The position numbers were made by a program, and so were the translations under genes. Below the pieces are notes generated by a model. The model was not told the origin of the DNA. It made no database searches and worked only from the letters and a program-made list of their open reading frames with translations. Below, piece by piece: positions 1 to 7,752 of a stretch of DNA of 64,000 bases. The stretch spans positions 8,617 to 72,616 of the forward strand of contig CALFXR010000065.1 of NCBI GenBank assembly GCA_937958475.1, read 5' to 3'. Within the stretch, counting starts at the first letter, position 1. Every line of letters starts with the position of its first letter. Source of the DNA: an uncultured Mesorhizobium sp. GTDB taxonomy: Bacteria > Pseudomonadota > Alphaproteobacteria > Rhizobiales > Rhizobiaceae.

Positions 1-840
1 GCAGCCGTCACGCACCGCCTCGTGCAGAGAGCGGCCGTTGGCCAGCGCGACGGCCATGGCGCCGTTGAAGGCGTCGCCCGCGCCGGCCGTGTCGACGACC
101 GCCGGCGGCGCGAAGGACTCGACGTATCCCTCCTCCTCGCCGGAGATGTAGGCGCCGCGCGCGCCGAGGGTGATGACGACGTTGCGGGCGCCCATCCCGC
201 GCAGGCGGGCCGCGGCGGCACGCACGCCCTCGTCCGTGGCGGTCGGGATGCCGGTGATCGAGGCAGCCTCGGTCTCGTTGGGCGAGACCAGGTCGCAGAG
301 CGCCAGCAGGTCGGCGTCGAGCGGCAGCGCGGGCGCCGGGTTGAGGATCGTCGTCACGCCGTGGGAGCGGGCGATGGCGAGGCCGGCCGCAGCCGTCCTG
401 AGCGGCTGTTCCAGCTGCGTGAGGAAGACGCGAGACTGGCGGATCTCGTGTTCCGCCATGCGCACGTCTTCCGGGGTCAGCGACTCGTTGGCGCCGGTAT
501 AGACGATGATGCGGTTCTGCCCGGTGAGGCTGTCGACGTGAATGAACGCCGCGCCCGTCGAGGCATTGCCGAAACGCTGCAGGTAGCGGGTGCCGATGCC
601 TTCCTGCTCCAGCACGTCTTCCGCGACCTTGGCGAGGTGGTCGGCGCCCACGGCGGTCAGCAGCGTCACGCGGCCGCCGCTGCGCTGCGCGGCGATCGCC
701 TGGTTGGTACCTTTGCCGCCGGGTCCCATGGCGAAGGCGTTGGACCGAATCGTCTCGCCCTCTTCAGGCAGCCCGGCGCAGCGGAACGCCAGGTCGACGA
801 CGAACGATCCGAGGACGAAGATGCGATTTTCCAATGTCAT
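1..840 (-). CDS. rbsK: ribokinase (PfkB family); C-terminal end cut by the window edge
   Basis: Reverse translation from ATG at 840-838 gives MTLENRIFVLGSFVVDLAF...AMGPGGKGTNQAIAAQRSG...VDTAGAGDAFNGAMAVALANG. It has the GG/NQA motif and the C-terminal DTxGAGDxF motif of ribokinases. It is the last gene of the sugar ABC operon. It is absent from the ORF track because it runs off the window. Confidence 0.8.
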   Translation of the reverse strand, partial: MTLENRIFVLGSFVVDLAFRCAGLPEEGETIRSNAFAMGPGGKGTNQAIAAQRSGGRVTLLTAVGADHLAKVAEDVLEQEGIGTRYLQRFGNASTGAAFIHVDSLTGQNRIIVYTGANESLTPEDVRMAEHEIRQSRVFLTQLEQPLRTAAAGLAIARSHGVTTILNPAPALPLDADLLALCDLVSPNETEAASITGIPTATDEGVRAAAARLRGMGARNVVITLGARGAYISGEEEGYVESFAPPAVVDTAGAGDAFNGAMAVALANGRSLHEAVRDGC

Positions 841-864
841 GGGACTACCGGTACCTGTCCTGTC

Positions 865-1707
865 TCACTTGAAGCCACTGTCGATGATCGTACGGATGTA
901 GTAGCGCTGAAGCGCCATGAACGGCAGGATGGCGAGCAGCGAGGCCACGGTCATGGCCGCGAACAGGCGGCCGAAGTCGGCCTGTTCGAACTGGAGGTAG
1001 CGGGCGATCGCCACCTGCACCATCGTCAGGTCCTGCGAGGTCGCGGCGACCAGCGGCCAGAAGAACGCGTCCCACTGGTGGATGAACATCATCAGCGCGC
1101 CGGCGACGACGGTCGGCCACGACAGCGGCAGCGCCACGTCCCAGTAGATCCGCCACCATGACGCGCCATCGACGCGCGCGGCTTCGAACAGCTCCCGGCT
1201 CACCTTCGCGAAGAACTGCCGGAAGAGGAAGATGATGAAGCCGCTCGCCACCTCCGGCATGATCAGCGCGAAGTAGGTGTCGTTCCAGTTGAGCCCGCGA
1301 ACCATGATGTACAGTGGCACGACGATCGACTCGAACGGCATGATGAAGGTGATGATCACCACGACGAACAGCGCGTTCTTGAACGGGAAGTCGAACACGG
1401 CGAAGGCGAAGCCGGCCGCCGAACATATCAGGATGCCGAGAGCGACGGTGACGAAGGCGACGAAGGCCGTGTTCAGGACCGCCTTCGGGAAGTCGCTGGC
1501 CAATAGCATCTCGTAGTTCGACCAGATGATCTTCTCCGGCACGAAGGTGCGCCAGGAGAGCTGCGGCGAATAGAGGAAAATCTCCTCGGGCGGCCGCAAG
1601 GACGAGATCGCGATCCAGACGATCGGGGCGATCATGACCACCGCGACGAGGGCGAGCACGGCGTAGCGCAGGAACGAGGCGGCTGCGCGCTTCTGGCGAT
1701 TGTTCAT
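865..1707 (-). CDS. carbohydrate ABC transporter permease (MalG/UgpE-like)
   Basis: The last 280 aa of ORF 865..2616, starting MNNRQKRAAASFLRYAVLALV. Multi-TM protein with the EAA-type loop (FEAARVDGASWWRIYWDVALP). The upstream part of the ORF is Arg-rich out-of-frame read-through of the neighbouring gene. Confidence 0.9.
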   Translation of the reverse strand: MNNRQKRAAASFLRYAVLALVAVVMIAPIVWIAISSLRPPEEIFLYSPQLSWRTFVPEKIIWSNYEMLLASDFPKAVLNTAFVAFVTVALGILICSAAGFAFAVFDFPFKNALFVVVIITFIMPFESIVVPLYIMVRGLNWNDTYFALIMPEVASGFIIFLFRQFFAKVSRELFEAARVDGASWWRIYWDVALPLSWPTVVAGALMMFIHQWDAFFWPLVAATSQDLTMVQVAIARYLQFEQADFGRLFAAMTVASLLAILPFMALQRYYIRTIIDSGFK

Positions 1708-1712
1708 GGCCG

Positions 1713-2564
1713 TCAGTCCTCGCTGCGCAGGAGCCGGAGTTCGACCAGGGCGACCAGCAGCACCACGACCAGCATCACGGTGGACATGGCCAGGGCGCGG
1801 CCGACGTCGATGTAGTTGAACGCCGTCTGGTAGATACGGAACATGATGAAGTCCGTCGCGCCGTTCGGGCCGCCCGCGGTGATCACGTAGACCGGAGCGA
1901 AGAACAGCATGTTGATGGCGGTCGCCGCGACGAGCACGAAGCCGATCGGCCTGCGCATCAGCGGCAGGGTGATGTGGCGGAAGCGCTGCCACCAGGATGC
2001 GCCGTCGATCTTGGCCGCCTCGTGCAGCGATTCGGGAATGGCGTAGAGACCCGCCAGCATGAACAGCATCCAGTAGCCGACGCCACGCCACGTCGCGAGC
2101 CAGACCATCGACCCCATCGCCTGCGCCTCGTCCTTGAAGAAGCCCTGCCGGCCGACGCCGACGGCCTCGAGGATGGCGTTGACCGGTCCGAGGAAAGGAT
2201 CGAACAGGAGGTTCCAGATGAGGGCCGTGAGCACCAGCGAAAGCGTCACCGGCACGAACAGGACCGAGCGGAACAGGCCGATCAACGGGCCTGGCCGGAA
2301 GACGAGCAGCGCCGCGGCGAGCGACAGCACGACCTGGAGAGGATTGGCGATCAGGTTGAACAGCAGCGTGATGCCGAGGGAGCTCAGCAGATCCGGATCG
2401 CTCAGGATCGACCGATAGTTCTCGATGCCGCGGAAGACGCTCTCGCCCATCAGCGACGTGCCGTAGAAGCTGCCGACGACGGCGATGCCGATCGGGATCA
2501 GCTTGAACACCGTCAGGCCGAGAACGGCTGGCGCCAGAAAGTAGTAGGCAGGATTGATTCTCAT
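1713..2564 (-). CDS. carbohydrate ABC transporter permease (MalF/UgpA-like)
   Basis: ORF 1713..2591. The likely start is the second Met (MRINPAYYFLAPAVLGL). It has the EAA loop (LHEAAKIDGASWWQRFRHITLP). There are 5 nt between its stop and the next permease start. Confidence 0.9.
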   Translation of the reverse strand: MRINPAYYFLAPAVLGLTVFKLIPIGIAVVGSFYGTSLMGESVFRGIENYRSILSDPDLLSSLGITLLFNLIANPLQVVLSLAAALLVFRPGPLIGLFRSVLFVPVTLSLVLTALIWNLLFDPFLGPVNAILEAVGVGRQGFFKDEAQAMGSMVWLATWRGVGYWMLFMLAGLYAIPESLHEAAKIDGASWWQRFRHITLPLMRRPIGFVLVAATAINMLFFAPVYVITAGGPNGATDFIMFRIYQTAFNYIDVGRALAMSTVMLVVVLLVALVELRLLRSED

Positions 2565-2675
2565 GTCGCGGGTCCATGGGTCGACCGGCACGGTCGACCG
2601 GTCCGGCGACGATCATCGCCGGGTCGGGCCGGGCGGCACAAGGGATTGGCCGCCCGGCGTCTCGGGAGAGAAGGG

Positions 2676-3947
2676 TTATTTATACTTGGCGAGTTCGCGA
2701 TCGATCTCGCGCGCCGCCTGGGTGAGGCGTTCCTTGGCGGGAGCGCCCTGCTGGATGTCGCGGAAGGCGAGCTTCAGGATTTCCTCGTATTCGCGGAAGC
2801 CCGGGATCGGAGGCCGCGGCATGGCGGTGTTCTGCAGTTCGTACCTGGCGATTTCCCAGGGCTGGCCGCTCAGCTTGTCGGACAGGTTGCCCCAGTTGGC
2901 CTTCAGCACCGGCGGATAGGGGCGCAGGTTGAACCACTTCACCTGCACGTCGTCGCGCATGAAGAAGTCCATGAACTTCAGCGCGGCTTCCGGGTTCTTG
3001 GTGCGCGGATTGATGCCGATCTGCCAGGAGCCCGTCGACGTCACCGGCGTGCCGCCCTCGAAGTAGGGATGCGGAACGGCGATCCACTCGAACTTCGCGC
3101 CCGCCTTCAGGCGGTCGAGGTTCCAGGTGCCGCCGACCATCATCGCGGCGCGGCCGGTATGGAACACTTCCTGCACGAGGTTCAGCTCGAACAGGCCGGG
3201 AGGGCTGACCTTGTTGGCGCCGAACAGATCGCCGTAGAACTGCGTCGCCTCGACGAACTTGTCGCCGTCGACATAGCCGGTCGCGGTCAGGCCGTCGTCG
3301 CTGACCACCTTGGCGCCCTTGGACTGCATGAGCGGCAGCAGCTGGTAGGGACGGTCGGACTGCTCGAGCAGGATGCCCCAGACATTGTCCTGCGGCTTGG
3401 CGATCTTCTTGGCCGCCTCCAGAACCTGCTCCCAGGTCCAGCGGTCCTTGATGTCGGTGCCGGGAAGCTCCACGCCGGCCGCCTTGAACAGGTCGACGTT
3501 GACGTACATGAGCTGGGTCGAGGTGGCGAAGGGGCCCGCGTACATCTTGCCCTGATAGGACGCCGCCTGGAGCGCCGCGCCGTCGAAGCGGTCGAGCTGG
3601 TCCTTGAAATGCGGGGTGAGGTCCATCAGGTGACCGCGCGCCGCGTAGGACGCCGTCAGCGAGGCGTCGGCCGAATAGATGTCCGGCTCCGGCGTGCGCG
3701 CGCCGAGACGAACCTCGAGCGAAGAGAGCAGTTCGTTGTAGGGGATGCGCTGGTAGTTCAGCTTGATGTCCGGGTTCTCCTGTTCGAACCAGTCCATCAG
3801 CGGCTTGACCATTTCCTCGGCCCAGCCCATCCACACGATATCGAGTTTGGTTTCGGCGCTTGCGGGAGCCGTGGACAGCACAGTTGCCGTCGCAAGACCC
3901 ATAGCCAGCCGGGCGCCGAAACGGCGCAAGGCCGTCAGCTTACTCAT
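2676..3947 (-). CDS. ABC transporter extracellular sugar-binding protein (family 1)
   Basis: Met 124 of ORF 2676..4316 (MSKLTALRRFGARLAMGLATATVLSTAPASAETKLD) gives a signal peptide and is preceded by GGAGGA. The body is typical of sugar SBPs. First gene of the operon SBP-permease-permease-ribokinase. Confidence 0.9.
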   Translation of the reverse strand: MSKLTALRRFGARLAMGLATATVLSTAPASAETKLDIVWMGWAEEMVKPLMDWFEQENPDIKLNYQRIPYNELLSSLEVRLGARTPEPDIYSADASLTASYAARGHLMDLTPHFKDQLDRFDGAALQAASYQGKMYAGPFATSTQLMYVNVDLFKAAGVELPGTDIKDRWTWEQVLEAAKKIAKPQDNVWGILLEQSDRPYQLLPLMQSKGAKVVSDDGLTATGYVDGDKFVEATQFYGDLFGANKVSPPGLFELNLVQEVFHTGRAAMMVGGTWNLDRLKAGAKFEWIAVPHPYFEGGTPVTSTGSWQIGINPRTKNPEAALKFMDFFMRDDVQVKWFNLRPYPPVLKANWGNLSDKLSGQPWEIARYELQNTAMPRPPIPGFREYEEILKLAFRDIQQGAPAKERLTQAAREIDRELAKYK

Positions 3948-4018
3948 TGAATTCCTCCCATAATCTGCGCCTCGCACCATACCGGCGTGTGCCGGCCGAG
4001 CACGCAATCGAAGCTTAC

Positions 4019-4047
4019 AAATCGATTTCATAATGGAATCGATTTCA
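4019..4047. promoter_or_regulatory. two copies of a palindromic AATCGATT core (AATCGATTTCA x2), candidate operator upstream of the sugar ABC operon
   Basis: acaAATCGATTTCAtaatggAATCGATTTCAatg. The copies start 17 bp apart and lie 70-100 bp upstream of the SBP start, in the most AT-rich patch of the intergenic region. No regulator gene is visible nearby. Confidence 0.35.
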
Positions 4048-4789
4048 ATGTCAATCGCCGTGCGCTTCTCCGGTGGAGGGGCTTGTCCGGACCGGCGTCG
4101 GCGGGCATGCAGTTTTCTGCTCCGGCTCGATCTTCCGGCGCCGAAACGCGTCAGCCGGAGCCGCCGATCGGGACCTGGAGCAGGCGGATCTTCTTCCCTG
4201 GCGTACATCGTGCCGAACATCTCGCAACGGGCCAGGCCCGTTGGCTCTTCGGTGCCGTCACCGGCCGGCACGGCGTCGCGATCGTCGAGACTCGACGCCG
4301 GCGGGATCATCGTCATGAGGTTCGGGCCGGCCCGCTTGCCCGGCCCTCGACCTTTGCCTCGCCGTTCCCCGTGCCGGGCCGCCCGGACCGGAACAGAGAA
4401 TGGCTCGCCGGTTCGGTGAACGCCCGCGCCCCCTCGCGCCTGGCGTCGCCGTATTCCCCGGCTATCGCGATCCCGAGATTGTCATGAAGCGCCGACACGG
4501 CGCAGCCTTCCACGGCAGACAGTCCGGGCCATTCCCGCCGGGATCAGCCGAACCGCCGGACGGATACTGGGCCGCCCGCAACGCCGTCACGGCGGCGCTT
4601 CATGGCCTGTTTCATCGCCGCCCGCATATTCACCTGATCGCCGGCCTCGATCGTCGCCTGATCGATCCGGGACGCGGCCAGCACTCGGCCCGGCAAACGC
4701 CTCGCCGGGCCCCGCGAGCACGGCGCCGTCGACGACCGGGTTTCGCCCCGGGCCGTGCCTTCGGCGGCCCGCCCAGGCGCGCTACCACG

Positions 4790-6235
4790 CTACTGAACGT
4801 AGATCTCGCCGCCGTTCAGTTCGCTGGTGACATCATAGAACTCGTTCGCCGGCATGCCGCCCTTGTGGACCGAGATCCTGTCGCCGATCCTGACGCTCAC
4901 CGTCTCGCGCTCGCCCTCGATGCTGAGCACGGCAAGCGAGGTCTCGTTGCCGCCGCCGTCGACCTTGTAGAGTTCGACCAGCATACCGGCGTTGTTGTAG
5001 AAGGTCACCGACGCGGGGTCTCCCGGATTGAGGAACTGGCCGACCTTGCCGAAACCCCCGTCGACCTCTTCCTTGAAGGTGTTCAGGCCTTCTCCGGTTT
5101 CCGTCACCGCGGTGTCGATGCCGTCCCGGACCGGCTCGACGGTCTCGTAGAGCACGAAGGTGGTGCCGGCCACGATGCCGACGGTCGTCACGCCGACGGC
5201 ACCGCCGATCATGACCTTGGCGGTCTTGGAAAGCCCCTTCTTGGCGGCCTTGGCCGCCGGCACGGTCACGGCGGGCACCGCCGCCTTCAAGGCGGGGGCG
5301 GCTGGGAGCTGGCGGACAGCCTTCACCGCCGTTTTCTGCACGCCGCCGATCTTGGTCATCGGCGGCTTCTTCGGCTTGGGCGGAGCCGCGCGGGCTACGC
5401 CGCCGAGGTCGTCGCCCAGGGACGCCGCCTTCCGGTTCAGGGCCTCGAGTTCGTCGATGCCGATGAACTGCTCCATGTAGATGTCGTTCTTCGGCTTGAT
5501 GATGTCATTGGCGTTGGCGTAGTTGGTGCGCGGCGTCGGATCGACATAGCGCGGTGCGTTGTCCAGGGCCTCGCGGTTCAGCTGCTCCAGCAGCTCTTGG
5601 CCGCCATAATGGGCGTTCGGATCGATTTCGGCGTTGCGCTTGAGCAGTTCCGACACGTCGTCGTACTGGCCGCCGCCGCGGTCGGCGAGGTTGTCGGCGT
5701 TTCGCCGCAGCAGTTCGTTGTAGTCGACATACTGCCCGGCCTGGTCGAGATTGCGCGGCGCGCCATCCCCGGCGGCGCCGAACTGCTTGGCGACAGCGTC
5801 GATGTCATCATAGCCGCTGAAAGCCGGCGCCTTGGGCGCCCCCGCTTTGTCGCCGAGCTGCTTCGCCAGGACGTCGATGTCGTCGTAGCCGCTGAAGCTG
5901 GGAGCCTTCGGTGGGTTGGCGCCGCGCACGGCGGCCTCGCCGATGTCGTCGAAGAGATTGTCGACGGGCGGCACTGCCCGGCCGGCGGCGCCGACGCCGC
6001 CCTGGACGATGTCGTCCGCCACGCCGTCCAGCTGGCGGCCGCCCTTGACCGCGCCCTGGACCGCGTCGTCGATGACGTTGTCGAGCCGCTTGCCGGCCTT
6101 GATGCCGCCCTCGATGACGTCGTCGGTGATGCCCCTGATGGCCTTGGAGATGCCACCCGTCTGCGCCTGCGCACCGGTGGCGAGCAGCACGGTCAGGACG
6201 ACGGCATGCGCCGTCGATGCGAGCAGGCGATGCAT
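4790..6235 (-). CDS. exported hypothetical protein (481 aa): signal peptide, internal repeats, late TM helix, C-terminal VHL-beta-like module
   Basis: Met 35 of ORF 4790..6337 gives MHRLLASTAHAVVLTVLLATGAQAQ. Repeats present: DDVIEGG/DDAVQGA/DDIVQGG and PKAP[SA]FSGYDDID x2. Hydrophobic helix VMIGGAVGVTTVGIVAGTTFVLY. The last 74 aa (ASVTFYNNAGMLVELYKVDGGGNE...) match the module found in the neighbouring genes. Confidence 0.85.
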   Translation of the reverse strand: MHRLLASTAHAVVLTVLLATGAQAQTGGISKAIRGITDDVIEGGIKAGKRLDNVIDDAVQGAVKGGRQLDGVADDIVQGGVGAAGRAVPPVDNLFDDIGEAAVRGANPPKAPSFSGYDDIDVLAKQLGDKAGAPKAPAFSGYDDIDAVAKQFGAAGDGAPRNLDQAGQYVDYNELLRRNADNLADRGGGQYDDVSELLKRNAEIDPNAHYGGQELLEQLNREALDNAPRYVDPTPRTNYANANDIIKPKNDIYMEQFIGIDELEALNRKAASLGDDLGGVARAAPPKPKKPPMTKIGGVQKTAVKAVRQLPAAPALKAAVPAVTVPAAKAAKKGLSKTAKVMIGGAVGVTTVGIVAGTTFVLYETVEPVRDGIDTAVTETGEGLNTFKEEVDGGFGKVGQFLNPGDPASVTFYNNAGMLVELYKVDGGGNETSLAVLSIEGERETVSVRIGDRISVHKGGMPANEFYDVTSELNGGEIYVQ

Positions 6236-6267
6236 CTTGATACCCTCGCTCTTCGAGATCTGCGGCG

Positions 6268-7752
6268 TCATAGCGGCGCCCCCGCGAACGTGACCCGCTG
6301 GTCGGCCTCTTCGTTCGGCACGAAGCCGCCCATCCACTGGTCGTCCTGGGCAAGTCGCCAGGCCTGGCCGACCTGGATCGGCTGGACCACCTGGAAGCCC
6401 GGATTGATCGTCATCACCCAGAGCGGTGCGCCGCCGTCCATCGGGTCGACGAAGACGTCGACCGGGGCTTCGGACACGTTCTGGAGGATGACGCGGACCA
6501 TGCCCGCCGGCAGCTGCTGCTGCACACGCGGCGCGTTGGGGTCCAGGACGACGACGTCGGCTTCCTCCTCGGCGGCGGGCTCGGCCGCCAGTTCGCCCTC
6601 CGCCGGTGGAAGCAGCTCGTCCTGCGTTGCCTCCGCCTCGTCCGGAGGCGCCGGGAGTTCGGTTTCAGCGGTGGCGGCGGCTTCATCGGCAGGCGGCAGG
6701 AGTTGGCCCTCGGCCGGAACGGCGGCATCGGCGGCAGCCTCTTCCTCCGCCGGCAGCAACTCCTCCTGAGGCGCACTCGCCTCGTCGGCGGCGGGGAGGA
6801 GTTCGGTCTCGGCGGGCGCCGCGGCTTCGTCCGTCGCCGGCAGCAACTCGGCTTCGGCCGGAACGGCGGCATCGGCAACCGCCTCCCCCTCCGCCGGCAG
6901 CAACTCCTCTTGGGCGCTGGCCTCGTCGGCGGCGGGGAGGAGTTCGGTCTCGGCGGGCGCGGCGGCTTCGTCCGTCGCCGGCAGCAACTCGGCTTCGGCC
7001 GGCACGGCGGCATCTGCGGCCGCGCCTTCCGTTTCCAAGGGAACGACTGGCTCACCTTCCGCGAGAGGAAGTTCGCTCTCGGCGCTTCCACTCTCCGTCG
7101 GCTGCTCGGCCGTCTCCTGTGGCTCGCCCTCGATAACCTGACCTTCGAGCGGTTGCTCCGCGATCAGGGCCTCGCCCTCAGTGACCTGTCCCTCGAGCGG
7201 CTGCTCCTCGATCACCTGCGGCTCGCCTTCGACAACCTGGCCCTCGGCCGGTTGTTCGGACGTCTCCTGCGGGTCGCCTTCGACAACTTGACCTTCGAGC
7301 GGCTGCTCCGCGATCTGTGGCTCGCCCTCCGTGGCCTGTCCCTCGAGCGGCTGATCGATCACCTGCGGCTCGCCTTCGACAGCCTGGCCGTCGGCCGGCT
7401 GTTCGGACGTCATCTGCGGGTCGCCCTCGGTAACCTGACCTTCGAGCGGCTGCTCGACGATCTGTGGCTCACCTTCGACGACCTGGCCTTCAGCCGGCTG
7501 CTCGGACGTCAACTGGGCTTCGCCTTCGGCCGCTTGCCCGTCAGCCGTCGCGGGATCGACCGCGGCGTTCGGATCGGGCGCGACGCTGCCGTCCTGCTGC
7601 ACGACCGCCTCGCCCTGTGCGGCCTCCTGGGCGGCAAGCGGGGCGACGCCGACGAGAAGGGCGGCGACGGCGACGGACGATGCCATCGACCGGATGCGCG
7701 CCGCGAAAACGGAACGTGCGGTCATGGGGATCATTCCTGCTGGCTGGCTCAT
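6268..7752 (-). CDS. exported hyper-acidic Glu/Pro/Gln repeat protein (494 aa) with C-terminal VHL-beta-like module
   Basis: The last 494 aa of ORF 6268..9960. The ATG at 7752-7750 overlaps the TGA of the upstream gene (ATGA). Signal peptide ...SSVAVAALLVGVAPLAAQE (alternative starts at Met7/Met10). It has 16-aa EGQxxEGEPQxxEQPL repeats and 46-aa repeats with E-L-L-P-A motifs. The C-terminus reads VRVILQNVSEAPVDVFVDPMDGGAPLWVMTINPGFQ...GQAWRL. Confidence 0.85.
   Translation of the reverse strand: MSQPAGMIPMTARSVFAARIRSMASSVAVAALLVGVAPLAAQEAAQGEAVVQQDGSVAPDPNAAVDPATADGQAAEGEAQLTSEQPAEGQVVEGEPQIVEQPLEGQVTEGDPQMTSEQPADGQAVEGEPQVIDQPLEGQATEGEPQIAEQPLEGQVVEGDPQETSEQPAEGQVVEGEPQVIEEQPLEGQVTEGEALIAEQPLEGQVIEGEPQETAEQPTESGSAESELPLAEGEPVVPLETEGAAADAAVPAEAELLPATDEAAAPAETELLPAADEASAQEELLPAEGEAVADAAVPAEAELLPATDEAAAPAETELLPAADEASAPQEELLPAEEEAAADAAVPAEGQLLPPADEAAATAETELPAPPDEAEATQDELLPPAEGELAAEPAAEEEADVVVLDPNAPRVQQQLPAGMVRVILQNVSEAPVDVFVDPMDGGAPLWVMTINPGFQVVQPIQVGQAWRLAQDDQWMGGFVPNEEADQRVTFAGAPL
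6583..7026 (-). repeat. coding tandem repeat, 138-bp / 46-aa unit (AADAAVPAEAELLPATDEAAAPAETELLPAADEASA(P)QEELLPAE), about 3 units
   Basis: Near-identical DNA blocks lie 138 bp apart (for example around 6789 and 6927). The protein carries eight LLP[AP] motifs in aa 243-390. Confidence 0.8.
7087..7539 (-). repeat. coding tandem repeat, about 16-aa unit (EGQvvEGEPQxxEQPL), roughly 9 units
   Basis: aa 72-222 of the 494-aa protein. The periodicity is visible in both the protein and the DNA. Confidence 0.8.

Noticed and set aside
22-1161. 379-aa plus-strand ORF, and similar Arg-rich ORFs (4400..6769, 1974..3950, 16255..17862, 24153..25970, 40860..42647, 54957..57494, 60736..62814 and others)
   Set aside because: All are antisense to, or out of frame with, genes that have clear family signatures (ribokinase, ABC components, dcp, htpX/rsmB, leuS, priA). 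Their composition is dominated by Arg/Gly/Ala/Pro, as expected for non-coding frames in roughly 67% GC DNA.
4313-4790. Short minus-strand protein-like stretches as a definite pseudogene
   Set aside because: The fragments are short, lie in three different frames, and match nothing I can name from memory. I kept this only as a possibility inside the long-spacer finding.
6583-7539. Regularly spaced direct repeats that could suggest a CRISPR array
   Set aside because: The repeats are in frame inside a long ORF that has a signal peptide and a C-terminal domain. The material between them is itself repeated, so there are no unique spacers. The periods are 48 and 138 bp with no palindromic repeat cores, and no cas genes are present.
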